64,000 nt of DNA from Trypanosoma brucei (lineage: Eukaryota). Shown in pieces: positions 40,287-52,577 of this stretch (position 1 is the first letter of the stretch; every line of letters starts with the position of its first letter). A program made the translations under genes and the position numbers. The stretch lies in assembly GCA_000002445.1 (NCBI GenBank), contig CP000066.1:704001-768000 (forward strand), in the 5' to 3' direction. The notes beneath the pieces are model-generated. The model saw only the letters and a list, made by a program, of their open reading frames with translations. It made no database searches and was not told where the DNA came from.

Positions 40287-41255
40287 CTAATCGGTCCACG
40301 TCATGCCGTCGACCGGAGTTTCTTCACACACTTCAAGTGCGCTGGTGGGAGCCCACGTGCCTCGTTTAAATGTACCCGTTTGAGCCATTTTCAGCGCTGG
40401 GTAATGCATAGATGCCGCTTCATCACAAGGCCTGTTCTTTTTGTTGAAGTGTCCCTCATAATAAACCCCATCAGGGAATATCCACTGGCCGTGTGTAAAG
40501 ACGCCATCATTCCACATGCCGCGATATTCGTTTCCGCCTACAAAGTGATATGTCCCATAACCATGCTTGCGTCCATTCTTCCAGTTGCCCGAGTAAATGT
40601 CACCATTGAGGTAAAAAAACATCCCGCGACCCTCACGCTTGTTCTCGAGGAATTCTCCCTTATACACCGTACCGTCTTTGTTCTTCATTAGTCCTCGCCC
40701 AACACGCTTACCGCGCACGTAGTCTCCATGATAGCATGGATGAAACCCGTATTCAATAATATATGAAATGATGTGACAGCCTATCTTATATCTGTCCGCT
40801 ACAGCCTTCACAAAGTTCTCACCAGCCACCACATCACCGAGCTTCTGCAGCTCCTTCTCCACAATTCTATCGCACTCACTTTTCCCCAAACTCACAAAAA
40901 TGTACCGCCCCCTTCCATGTTTCTTCCCTTCAAAAAACTCCCCATCATAGCGGTCACCATTAGCATAAATTGCCTTTCCACTTCCCGTGCGCTGTTGGAA
41001 CTCATCACGAAGCCCGGCATATATTCCCAGCGTGCATACGGAACGGACAAAGTTGCGGTCATAATTCATACCTTCCCCTTCCATTTCTTCACAAAAGGTA
41101 TCAGCCCATGCATCCACATCCGCCTCACGCTCATCCTCAGGCTTTTGCAGGTATGATTCCTCAAATTTCAACCATACAAACATCTCTGCAGCTTTAAACC
41201 CCGTCGTCTCATCAACCTCATCGTAGTTTATCTCCACATTCTTTTGCTTCGACAT
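40287..41255 (-). CDS. MORN-repeat protein (322 aa)
   Basis: At least six consecutive MORN units (YxGxFxxGkkHGxGxxxF), for example YDGEFFEGKKHGRGRYIF, YKGEFLENKREGRGMFFY, YSGNWKNGRKHGYGTYHF and YRGMWNDGVFTHGQWIF. ATG at 41255. Confidence 0.85.
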   Translation of the reverse strand: MSKQKNVEINYDEVDETTGFKAAEMFVWLKFEESYLQKPEDEREADVDAWADTFCEEMEGEGMNYDRNFVRSVCTLGIYAGLRDEFQQRTGSGKAIYANGDRYDGEFFEGKKHGRGRYIFVSLGKSECDRIVEKELQKLGDVVAGENFVKAVADRYKIGCHIISYIIEYGFHPCYHGDYVRGKRVGRGLMKNKDGTVYKGEFLENKREGRGMFFYLNGDIYSGNWKNGRKHGYGTYHFVGGNEYRGMWNDGVFTHGQWIFPDGVYYEGHFNKKNRPCDEAASMHYPALKMAQTGTFKRGTWAPTSALEVCEETPVDGMTWTD

Positions 41256-41285
41256 ATCTACCTGTTCAGTTTATATACTGGAATT

Positions 41286-41288
<3 letters not shown>

Positions 41289-41320
<32 letters not shown>
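41289..41320. repeat. (TA)16 microsatellite, with a second (TA)9 at 41350-41367
   Basis: Direct reading of the sequence. Intergenic, between the MORN gene and eIF2-alpha. Confidence 0.95.
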
Positions 41321-41324
<4 letters not shown>

Positions 41325-42905
41325 AACTCCGTGTTGGAGGGATGAAACGTATATATATATATATATAATGTATTGTTGTTGTTGTTGTTGCTGTTGTTAT
41401 TTCTTCTCTTTATTTTATTTCTTCTGGTGTTTCTCCTCTCCTCTTTGGTTCTATTTGGTTTAATTCCCTCACCTCCCTTTTCTTGCAAATGACATAATGG
41501 CGGTAAAGAAAGTTTAAAAGATTTGGTGGGGAGGAGGGGTTTTTTTAAAAAAAACAAAAAAGAGAGACAGAGAGAGACATAAAATCGGTTAAGTCTTTCC
41601 TCAGAGCGGAGTACCAAACACATTATTAAACAACTGACAAGAGGAATAATTCAACAAAACCAAAGAAAAAACAATAGTTCGATGCTAAATAACAACTTAA
41701 ATAAAGCAACAATTAATAAAAATTGTTGTTAGTATTATCACTACCGCGAGTGATTTATACACACAAATAAATAAATATCGCCGTACAGATGTCTGCAGCA
41801 GTAAACATTTGCCTTCACAGTGGCGTCGCTCAATATTTCAGTTTGTATGTAAATGCTATGAAAACTATGGCTTCAACTGCGGGTGTACTCTCTAAAAATT
41901 ATAAAACATGAGGCGCCATCATACACACACGCACACGCTCACACAAAAAGAAAAAAGAAAAAAGACGAGCATCCATTTCCTTTTTGCCTTTTACCAATCG
42001 TTAGAATTATGCCGCTATTTTCCTCTACAAACTAATGCAATCTGCTGCCAATGATAAGATATAAATATTAATATAAATGTATTTCTGATTTAGCTTTTAT
42101 CCTTCCTTCAAACTTGTGTGGCTCCAATACGCAGGTACGCATGGAATCTCATTGCAACGCTAACTTAAAGCAAAACCTAAAAAAATAAAAATAACAATAA
42201 TAATAATAATAATAACGGAAAGTAAATAGAGAAAATAATGAATAGATAATAGAAAAATGGAAGCAAGAAAAGGAATCAAACAAATAAGTACACTGCAATA
42301 TGTGATAACACGCATGTAAGCAAATACATTAATTAATATATGAACACGTGCTATTAAGCCAGAGTGAAGGATAATGTAGCAGCGGTTATGGTAGCGCATG
42401 AAAGTATTCGATTTCCCACCGCTTAGTGGAAGGAAAATTGGTCACAACATCCATTACTTTCACTTCCCCTACACTTCCCTTCTCACTCAAGCCTCCATCC
42501 ATTCTCTCTTTTCTTTTCTATTTTGTTTTTTTTTTTAAAAAAGAAAAAAAATATTATTTTGCTTTTTTGATTTAATATATTCTTTAACTCAGAAGTTATT
42601 TAAGTAACTCAAATAGTCCCTAGTTCATATCTCACTCCCCTGCGTTGGCGTCGGTGTTGTCTCGTTGCGTTTGTTAGTATGGCATTAACAAAGAAAAAAA
42701 AAAGAGGAGAAAAGAGTCAAAAGTGAGAAAAGGTGCTAAAAAAACAAAAAAAGAAAAGTGTTCCATACATTCGCGTTGCGATGTATGTTGTCTTTCCTCC
42801 TCTTCTCCTATCCCACACGAACACAAATATATAAACACAAAAGCACTTCTTTCACTCTCTCTTTCTCTCTTTCTCTCTTTCTTTTTCTCCTCACGCCGCT
42901 CCTCT

Positions 42906-44162
42906 TCAGTCCGTGTCTTCGCCTTCATCGTCTTCGGCATCTTCATTTCTTTCCTCTTTTGTATGTTCCTCTTCACCAAGTACGAAAGGACCAGCGACTA
43001 CCTTAAGAATACCTCCACGCTTCGCCATCTCAATTTTCATCATCTCAATCGCCTCCTTCATGCGAACAATTCCCTCCTCTTTCAGCTCCGTCTTTGCGCG
43101 TAACCGATATTTGGGTGGTCCAACAATTGTTACGGAAATGGGAATGAGTGGATCCTTTCCAGCCTTAAAGTCGCGGCCAACCAGTAAAACTTCCCGTAGC
43201 GCATTCACACCATCGCATTGAAAACATGTCATTTCAATATCAGCATGAATGGTTGCAATTTCTGTTCGCATGGTGTGCTCCAGCGTTGTCATGAGCACCT
43301 TTATTTCAGCTTCAGATATTTCCAGATCCCCGAGAATACCCTTCACATCTTTGGTTTGGTTCAGTTCATAGAGCCATTCCCATGCGTGTTTACCGGGTTG
43401 GCGACGGTACAAGGGGTAAGCAATTCTTTTCATAGCTTCCGCTGGGGGAACACCGCATTCATCCGCCACATGACACACAACAGACCGAACCTCATTTCCC
43501 TTGAAGAAACGGGCCTCACAGTCTTTCGCCTCCTTTAGCGTAACCTGTTTCTTGGAGAGATCAATGTAACCCTTGTCCTTATCGATACGAATAACCTGCG
43601 CTGCTTCGTTTTTACCTACTTTGATGACCTTACCGATGGCACGAATGCGAATCCTCGTGATTTCCGTGTATGGAATGATGCCTTCATGGTTGCCATACTC
43701 CAGTAGCTGCACCACAGCGGAAGTATCATTCACCTGAATAACCTTCACCCAAACAACATCACTCTCCTTTGGTAACTTTTCCTCATAAAAGTAAACATCA
43801 GCTCCATCCCATGTGGTTACGCCTAAGCAGGCACCTACGAACTTCTGCTGGCGCTTATTGAGGTCCTTAATCCATTGTTGCTTTGCTCCATCACCTTTAC
43901 TGACTACTTCTGTTCCGGCAGTGGCAGCTGCAGGCGACACAATTGCGGCTTTTTCCAACAATACCACCAAACTTTCAAATGCAGAAGAGTCCAGAGGTAC
44001 GCCGAAGGGTTCTGCGATGAGTAACTTCCTTCGGGATAAGTTGGCATGAAGGCGGAAATACTCCTTTGGAACTTGGAAGTACACGCCATCTGTTGTTTGG
44101 CAGCAGCACTTCGTTTTGTAGTCTACATTATCCGGACTCTCCACTATACCGTAAGCTGCCAT
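42906..44162 (-). CDS. eukaryotic translation initiation factor 2 alpha subunit (kinetoplastid type with an N-terminal extension of about 100 aa)
   Basis: The S1 domain and eIF2-alpha core align with human eIF2S1 ([31 protein letters not shown] versus [25 protein letters not shown]). The regulatory Ser51 position is occupied by Thr at residue 169 ([11 protein letters not shown]), as described for trypanosomatid eIF2-alpha. The C-terminus is acidic. From memory this is Tb927.3.2900 (unverified). Confidence 0.9.
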   Translation of the reverse strand: [418 protein letters not shown]

Positions 44163-45132
44163 CTCTTCTTGGAATGATCAACCCTATTGCGCTGCGTGGC
44201 AGGAGATTTAAAAAAAGAAAAGGAAGGGATCTCGAATATATAAATATGCATAGATACATACACATACAGGTGCGTGTATTTATGCGTATGTTTGTATTTG
44301 CTTTGCGTATGTTTATACTCGTAAATACAAGAAGGTGAAATAATAGACAAGCATCCAAGCAGAAAAATATCTGCAAAACAGAAACGTGAAATGGATGAAT
44401 CCGTAGCTGCTTTTTAAGATCCCGCGCACCTCATAATCAGAATACGCCCAGTTGTTAGTCAAAATATGATCATATGTAAACAAATATATCATATCAACTC
44501 ATGTGAATTCCTTGTATTTTCCTCTTCCTCTTTTTGGCCTTTGCGCCACGTACCTGCAGGTGATATTAACTTAATTTGCAGTTCTGCATATTTGAAGAAA
44601 CAAAAAACTTTTATGTCCTTCTAAAGCAAACAAATAGAAAGGAAAAGAAAGAGTTGACAGCAAATGGTAAAAAAAAAAAAAGAAAAAAAGAGCAGCAGCA
44701 GCAGATGAGCGACGATCACAGTAGAAATTTTATTTTTTTTTTTGAAAAAAAGAAAAGAGAAAAGATGTTTAAATACGAGTGAGAGCAACAGTTTCTCAAA
44801 CCATATAAGAAGAACTGCTCCATCTCCATCTCCATCTACACCTCCCGTACACCAGATGAGTATGTGTTAAAGTACGGGAAATGGAAAGGAAAGAAAAAAA
44901 AAAGAAAGAAAAAAAAATACATAAAGCGTTGTGAAAAAAAAAAAATCGTTCTGGGGACTACATGACTGAATCGACATTGAAAACAGAACAAAAGAAAAAG
45001 GGAGAGAATGAGAGGAGAATTGAAAGAAAAAAAACAGAAACTTTCAATAAAGAAAATGCGAGCACCCACACGACTAAAAAAGAACGTCAACACGCAACCG
45101 CCTTTTCATCACCACCCTCCCCGAGGAGTCAG

Positions 45133-45172
45133 ATATATATATATATATATATGCACACACACACACACACAG
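45133..45172. repeat. compound (TA)10(CA)9 microsatellite
   Basis: atatatatatatatatatatgcacacacacacacacacagacacacac. Confidence 0.9.
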
Positions 45173-45535
45173 ACACACACCTCTCCAAACTTACACCACA
45201 CGGCCAACAAATAAATTTTAAAAAAGAGGGGGGGAAAAAAAAACACAACTCAAATATTTTGGCTACTGTGGTGAAGAGCCGGAAACACTTCAGGTGAATG
45301 AAAGGAATTCAGAACAAAGAAACAAAAAAGGAGGGGAGCGGGATTGCGCTCAGCTGGAAGAGTTTAAGACGCAACTGTACAGAAAGAGGAAGCTAGCAAA
45401 AGTAAAAAAAAAACAAAAAACAAAAAAAACCTCAGCAATGCGTCAAAAAGATAAAAAGAAAACTTTTTAAAAAGTGCCCACACAGGCAAACCGTAGCAGT
45501 AACCAGCAAGCCACTAAATGCGACGGTACTGAACA

Positions 45536-45946
45536 TTATCTGACGGAGGACATCATTTTCTCCGGTATTCCGTCACGTTCAACAGAACCGCTGCCTTCAT
45601 TAAATTCCCGAGTAAAGCTGTCATTGGATTCATTGAAAAGCGCCTCGATGGCATCGCGATCATCCTGCCCGAGAAACGCCCCTCGCGCCGCTCCATCAGC
45701 TCTCCAATCGCTACCGGCACCTGCGGGACTTCCACCGATCCAATTGCCAAAAGAACCGCCCAAATCCTCTTCAGGTTCCTGCAATTTAATGCTGAGTTTG
45801 TCATGTTTCTCACGTAATGTTGACAATTCTGCCAACAAACGCGCCCGCACTAATTCCTCCCGAGCCGCATCAGCAGCCGCGTCGCCGCGGTCACCCTCTG
45901 ATCTCCTCTTCTGAAGGTTCCTTTCCTTCTGGGACTGCCTTCCCAT
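45536..45946 (-). CDS. small hypothetical protein (136 aa), basic N-terminus, predicted coiled segment
   Basis: ATG at 45946. GC-rich coding-like island within a very AT-rich spacer. The coding-strand PPT is 45975-46060. No similarity recognised. Confidence 0.4.
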   Translation of the reverse strand: MGRQSQKERNLQKRRSEGDRGDAAADAAREELVRARLLAELSTLREKHDKLSIKLQEPEEDLGGSFGNWIGGSPAGAGSDWRADGAARGAFLGQDDRDAIEALFNESNDSFTREFNEGSGSVERDGIPEKMMSSVR

Positions 45947-46431
45947 CTTGAGTTAATGGCTTTTTTTTTTTTTTTATTTAAAAAAAAAAAAGAAGAAAAA
46001 AAGACAAAAACAAGACAAAAACAAATACAAGCAGAAAGAAGGAAGGAAGGAAAATAAATAGTGACAAAAAACAGCTCGCAAAAAAAGTGGATATTTAAAA
46101 ATAATAAGCTATTGAACAGGTATGAAACGCGAATAAGAATAAATGATAAGATAGAAGGCAGTTGCAAAGACACTACATGGACACTGGGAAGGCATCCGCT
46201 ATAACAGAACATCAGGGCATAGAGAAGGGAATAAAACCAACAGATAAAAATAAGCAAGTGAGTTAAATTCAAGGAAAATAAAAATAAAAAGAAACCCAAA
46301 ATATAAAGTGTATTTAAAAAAAAGAAAAGAAAAGAAAGAAAAAAAACAGGCAACGATAGCGCGGTATGGTAAAAGAAGAAATTTTTAAAAAAACTAAATG
46401 ACGAACAATAACAAACAATAATGAATGGAAA

Positions 46432-46457
46432 TGGTAATGGTAATGGTAATGGTAATA
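46432..46457. repeat. (GGTAAT)4-5 hexanucleotide repeat
   Basis: atggtaatggtaatggtaatggtaatag. Confidence 0.9.
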
Positions 46458-46803
46458 GTGTAAACAAGGACTAGAACCCATACTCCACCAAACCCCTCAG
46501 TAAAAGAAACAACTTTTACCGCACTCTTTCATAATTTGCACGCTCACATCCGCACTTTACTGCACAAGTGCAGCTAGTTAAGGTACACAATGTAAAATAC
46601 AATAAAAATGGCAAACGGGAAAGTTAACATAACCTCCTGCAGAACACAAATACAAGTAACTGGAGCAAAAACTTTGGGGCTAATGGTGACGTCAATAATA
46701 ATGACGATAATAGTAACGATACTAACAATAACATGTTTGGCGCCACTGGTGCTACTGTTAGCATCAAAGAGACGCATGAGTAGTGACATGCAACAAACTG
46801 TTA

Positions 46804-47811
46804 TTAGTTAACAACCCTAATAATGTCATTGGGATAAACATATGAAAAAGCAGCCGCCACATCCAGGCATGACAGCGCATTTACGAGAAATAGTGGCAGC
46901 CCTAATTCATCAAATACCCACAAACCTAACGAGCCCTCATGCACATCATGTCCCGCCTCTCTGAACTCTTCAGGTGTTCCCCATATCGTACACCAACAAC
47001 CAGACAAGATGCAGTAACGCCGAATGCAGTCCTCAATATCCTTTGGAAAAGTGGCACTTCGTGTGAGGACACTGACGGGGGTAAATTCCCGAAAGAATAT
47101 GAAAGCAGAGAAGTGGTTGATGTCATTAGTGCTTGTAATTCCGTTTCGTTTAACTTTGGGTTTGTACTTGGCAGACGTTGTGACGAATTCAGACAAGTTC
47201 ATGACACGACATCGCTCACCTCGATCATTATGAACCAGCACCGACGGTATGGCGCCCCCAGAACCAGCACCAGCAGAAAAGGCAGCAGAGAAGTCGCAAT
47301 GAAGATAAAGAGAAAGTGTGTTCATTCCCTTCATAAAATACCGCAACTCACCCGTGCTGAGCCAAAATGGAGATGTGTAATGACGTTCTTCCGCCAGTCC
47401 GACTGCCTCTTTCATTACCGTCACATCATCCGTTAAAGCCACGCCACGCATTGAGAGGGCGGAAGCAGTGAAGTCCACAGTTACAAGCGAGTCACCGCTG
47501 CTCATCCGCACCTTCCGCTCAAAAGGTCCATGAATTAATGCGGCTCGTGCGTAATCAACATTCAGAAATCCAGTCAGTAATTCTTCCGGAACCATTAAAG
47601 TCGGAAGAGACTTTGAGCACACGTTGAGGCGTAGTTGTTGCACTTGTGGCCAACTGAGTACATATTCCACATGCTTTTCTTGATGTTGTTGATGTTGTCT
47701 GAACGGCTCATCATGTGATGAAACATATGAATCCATTGATGCCTGTAATAAATCATGGGCCCAATTCGCCAGAGGCTTACAAAAAATGGTGCAACGACGC
47801 TTTTGATTCAT
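46804..47811 (-). CDS. hypothetical protein (about 335 aa)
   Basis: The ORF track starts at a TTG (47865) inside the PPT. The first ATG is at 47811 (MNQKRRCTIFCKPLANWAHDLL...). Coding-like composition; no family recognised. Confidence 0.55.
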   Translation of the reverse strand: MNQKRRCTIFCKPLANWAHDLLQASMDSYVSSHDEPFRQHQQHQEKHVEYVLSWPQVQQLRLNVCSKSLPTLMVPEELLTGFLNVDYARAALIHGPFERKVRMSSGDSLVTVDFTASALSMRGVALTDDVTVMKEAVGLAEERHYTSPFWLSTGELRYFMKGMNTLSLYLHCDFSAAFSAGAGSGGAIPSVLVHNDRGERCRVMNLSEFVTTSAKYKPKVKRNGITSTNDINHFSAFIFFREFTPVSVLTRSATFPKDIEDCIRRYCILSGCWCTIWGTPEEFREAGHDVHEGSLGLWVFDELGLPLFLVNALSCLDVAAAFSYVYPNDIIRVVN

Positions 47812-48280
47812 TTTATGTTGGTTATCTGCCGCACTCTTTTTTTTTTCAAAAAAAAAAAGTAACAACTATAATATTAAGGAGTATTATTAATATTACTACT
47901 ACTGTGAAATATTTAATGTATTCTGGTAAAACGTCGTCACTCACTTCATGAAAAGAACAAAACAAAAAAAACGGAAAAGGAACAAAATGTGAGCAAATGA
48001 ACGAATGAATGAGACAAGCGTAAAATAAACACGTTGCACAAACAGAGAGAACATGGAATCCAAAAATGTTTTTTTTCTGCTTTTATTTTTCTCTCTCTTT
48101 GCCGCGGAACCAATTTAAAAAAAAAAGTAGAATAGAAAAAACAGGAAAAGAACACGGAAAGAAAAAAAAAGACACAAACCTGAGAAAAAAAAAAAGAAAA
48201 AAAGAGAAAAGAGAAAGGGAAAAATAAATATATAAAAATCACAATGAAGTGGCGCCTGAATAACAACTGATAGCAATCCT

Positions 48281-48309
48281 TAATAATAATAATAATAATA
48301 ATAATAATT
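48281..48309. repeat. (TAA)9 microsatellite
   Basis: taataataataataataataataat. Confidence 0.9.
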
Positions 48310-48517
48310 AATATCATCACTATCATAAGAGTAATAAGAAAGGATGCTGTGAGGACACGTTTTGTACAAGAAGGGAGAAACATAAACATAAACACGTGAA
48401 GGAAAATAATAACAACAATGAAGGAGTACCAACGTCAAAACATGGAGGCAACACACAATTCGTTTCAGATGCTTGCCGTGAAGATAAACAATTTTTTTTT
48501 AAATGGGTATATATTTG

Positions 48518-48548
<31 letters not shown>

Positions 48549-48958
48549 TTCGTACGCACAAATTGTGTTTCAATACGGATAATAAGAAAGAAAAAAATGA
48601 AGGAAAAAACCAATGACACTAATGTTATTTATATAAAGTACTTTCTCATATAATTTTTTATTTATAAATAATGGGGTATAAATATATAAATATATAAATA
48701 TGAGTATGAAAAGGGAGAAAAAAAAAAGAGGAGATGGATATGGATATGGAAGTGAGTGGAACTGTGAAAAGGTGGATGAAGTTGTTATGTTACGGGGCTT
48801 TTGCTTTTTCTCTATTTTTTTTTTTCGTTTTTGGTTTTGCTTTTGCTTTTTGTAGAAATTTGGTTCGAGTTTCTTTTCCTTTGCTTTTTTTTCTCGATGC
48901 TTTCTTTTTTCTTTCTTTTCTTTCTATTCCCTATTCCTTATATACTCTCCTCTCTTTC

Positions 48959-48989
<31 letters not shown>

Positions 48990-50954
48990 AATATATTTTT
49001 TTTTAAAGCACAAACTTCTAATGTCAAGCATACCGCCTTAAACAATCAATAGAAATAAATAAATAATAACGCCACATAATTTAAAAGAAAAAAAAATCAA
49101 AACTGCTCGTCATGGGGATCTCACGCCGGAATCCAAAACAAAACAAAACAAAAATTGGAAAAATAACGAGAAGTAAAAGACATGCGGCATTTATTTCCAC
49201 TTGGAAGCCGGGACTTTTCTTTTCCTTTCTTTACTTCCTTTGGGCCTCTGTTTTGTAATATATATTTATATATTTGTTTATTTATTTATTTATTTATTCC
49301 TCACAGTTCAAAATAATTTTTAAAAAATATTGGGACAAATAGGAAAAGATGATGAACATGAAGATGAAAAACGACGAAGGGGAAAGGAACGCAAAAAAAA
49401 AAAGGGAAAAAGGGAAAAAGAAACAAGGGATCAAGAAAAATTACACAGAACTCAAAAAATTAAAAAACAAAACATCAAATAAAAAGATACCGCCAAACAA
49501 ACAACCGAATGAATAAACAAACAAACAAACGCGCACAACACACACAAAAAAAAATTTTAATTCCCACTCACAACGAAATAAAGGCAACAACACACCTCAA
49601 CATCCAAGTTATTGTCACCACACACATAATTACACACGCACGCATATGCGTGCAAGCATCAAACAAAAAAAAGAACAAAACAGAGCGATTACGCTAGTTA
49701 TGCGACGGAATAACAGAATAAATACAGATATAAACATATAAATATAGAAATATAATAAATACAAAAATGTATAGAAATACGTATATGTGTTACTACCGTC
49801 ATCACATCATCATCATCATTATCATCATCATTTTATTATTGTTACATTTACAATATTTATTACATTGTTATTTTGTTGTTATTTTGTTGCGGTCCGCTTC
49901 GTCCAATCCCGTTTTCATCTTCATTTTCCTCCCTTTTTGCGTTGCAAATCAAATCCAACAGACCACTAATCACTCCATTCCATTCCATTCCACTTCTCTC
50001 ATTTCTATTTTTTAAAAAAAATAAAAATAAAAATAAAAAATAATATTTGCTCCTTATCTTTCAATCCCTCTTTTCATTCATATTTCTTTTTTCTCTTCTT
50101 TTCTTTTCTCTTCTCTTCTCTTCGTTTGTTTGTTTACCTTTTGTTTTTTGTTCTTTTTTTTTCCTTCTTTTGTTTTACAAATAATGAGCAAAACACAAAC
50201 ACAAGAAGAAAGTACATAATTCCTCTTTCTTTCCCCTTATGCACATGAGTGTCTCACATATATATATATATATATACACCACGTGAGTGTTTATAATAGA
50301 CGTAACGAATAGGGCAGAAAATAAAAATAAAAAAAAAAACAACAACGCAATAATAAAGTAATAAAGTAATATAATAATAGAAAAGAAAAAAAGTAGGAAA
50401 AGGAACGAAGGAAAGAAGGAAGGAAAAGGAACGAAGGATAGAAGGAAGGAACTATATAAACAAACATTTAAGTAGAATAAAAATAAACATAAACAATGAC
50501 ATAATGAGCAAAACTAAACTAAAACAAAGCCAAAAACAAAAAAAAGACACCAATTATAATAACATAATTAAAAAAATATATGAAAAAGAAAAAAAGGTAA
50601 AAGAGATAAATTGAGAACACATCAAACTTATTTCCTCCTCCCCCCACCTTTTTTTTTAATTCATTTTTTTTCTTTCTTTAATTTTTTTTTCACTTCAGTT
50701 TATTTTATTTTTGTATTACTGTTATTTCTTTTTTTTTCCTTCTTCTTCTAATTTGTCATATTGTTGTCATTGTTTCTTTTTGTTTTTCTTTTTCTTTTTC
50801 TTTTTTTTTGTTTTGACTTCACTCCATTCATAAGTTTGTTACGGGGAGGAAATGACATGGACAATAAAAATGGAAGAGAAAATGCAAACACTTGTACACG
50901 GTAGACTCAAAAACAAATCCCCGCGCCTCTTCTTTTTTTTTTCATTTGACACCT

Positions 50955-51010
50955 TCATTTCAATTTCAATTTCAATTTTAATTTCAATTTTAATTTTAAT
51001 TTTAATTTTT
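50955..51010. repeat. (TTTCAA/TTTTAA)n hexamer microsatellite; left arm of an inverted pair
   Basis: catttcaatttcaatttcaattttaatttcaattttaattttaattttaatttt. Confidence 0.9.
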
Positions 51011-51289
51011 TTGTGAGTGTTTTGTGTGTGATTTTTTCGATTTCATTTAATTTTTTGTTTGTTTGTTTGATTGTTTATTTTAATCATTTATACAAATATG
51101 TTTTACTCAAATATTTTCCGTAGGAGTTTTTTTGCTATCCTCAATTTGTGTGTGTGTGTGTTTTTTTCTTTTCTTTTTTCTTTTCTTTTTAGGTGTTGTC
51201 CTCTCCTTTTGGTTTCTTTTCGTTGAATGATGTTTAGTTTCGCCACTTTCACACCTGTGATGACTGAAAGAAATAATTAATGTCACAAC

Positions 51290-51378
51290 AATTGAATGAA
51301 ATCAAAAAATTAAAAAAATTGAAATTGAAATGAAATTGAAATGAAATGAAGGAAATTGAAAAATCAAATGAAATGAAA
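51290..51378. repeat. (TTGAAA/TGAAAT)n hexamer microsatellite; right arm, the reverse complement of the 50955-51010 repeat
   Basis: aaaaaattaaaaaaattgaaattgaaatgaaattgaaatgaaatgaaggaaattgaaaaatcaaatgaaatgaaag. The reverse complement of the left arm is aaaattaaaattaaaattgaaattaaaattgaaattgaaattgaaa. Confidence 0.85.
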
Positions 51379-52577
51379 GAACGACAGAGATGTGAAGAGA
51401 CAAATAAAAATTTTTTTTTGAAAAAAAAAGGTGGAAAATAAAAATAAAAAGTAACGACCGCAACTCTTTTCCTTTTCTTTTCATATACACCTTCAACTTT
51501 TGTTTTCTTATATAAAAAAGAAAAGAAAAGAAAATCTTGATTTTGTTTTTGACTTTTTTTTTTTGGTTCTTTTCAACCCTCTAATCTCTTTTTTTTTATT
51601 TTTTTGCTTCACATATATAAATAAATATATATAAATAAATATATATATACGTATAAATATCTTTCTTTATGCTGAGGTGTATATGCGCAAGAGTAAATAA
51701 AATTTTAAAACACGTGTAACTGCACAGTGAAGGGGGGAGGAGAAAAAAAAAATGCAAGTGAGAAATAAATCTCCTTTCGTTAAGAATTTTAAAAAAAAAA
51801 AAAAGTAAACAAGGAAAAATTATGGGCCAGCTGTGGCGCAATCTCTAGAATAAACAAAAAAAAACAAAAAAACAAAAAAAAAGAAACGAAACGAAAAATT
51901 ATTTCACCTTTCATTTATTTTCTGTTTGGTTGATTGGTTTCCTCTTTTAAGTTCCGCGTTCGTGACACTTCTTCTCTTTTCTTTTCCTCTTCCCTGCCCT
52001 CTTATTTTCTTTTTCTTCTTTTTTTTTTCGAATTTTATTGTTAATATCTTTCTTTCATTCGTTCGCTTTCTTATAATTTATTTGATCCATTCACCTCCCC
52101 ATCACTTGTAGTCATTAGTCCCTTTTATGTTTTTTTTTCATTTATTTAGTTATTTATTTACTTATTTATTTCCTCTTCTCCTAATTTTATTTTAGTCATC
52201 ACAAAACGTCATTTTATTTTTTTTTCCTTTCTTTCTTAATTTCTCCTCCCCTCTCCCTCTCCCTCTCCCCCTCCTCTCCACCGAAACCCCCAACCCGTTC
52301 CTTCGTTATTCGTTTCTTTTCTTCCTTTTTTTTTTTTTGCTTTTCCTCGTGTGCATCTCTCCCATCAATTTTTGTTACGTTTTGCTTTTTGCTTTTTGCT
52401 TTTTTTTTTTAAAGAAAAAGAAAACGTCGGGCCAAACACAAACACGCACACAAATGTATAGACTTATTGATTTATATTTATATATATATATATATACAAA
52501 AATAATAAAACAAACAAATATATAAAGCAAGCAAATAAAATAAAACAAAAAAATAATAATAATAATAATGTGACACT

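Noticed and set aside
39879-40691. Plus-strand ORF of 270 aa
   Set aside because: Its 5' half is translated from a poly-A/poly-purine low-complexity spacer (KKKKRKKKRRKK). Its 3' half is antisense to the well-supported MORN gene. It has no PPT on its own strand, and all neighbours are minus-strand.
47900-52550. Possible strand-switch region or hidden plus-strand gene suggested by long T-rich plus-strand blocks
   Set aside because: Genes on both sides are minus-strand, and no plus-strand ORF of coding-like composition exists. The blocks are better explained as UTR low-complexity sequence.
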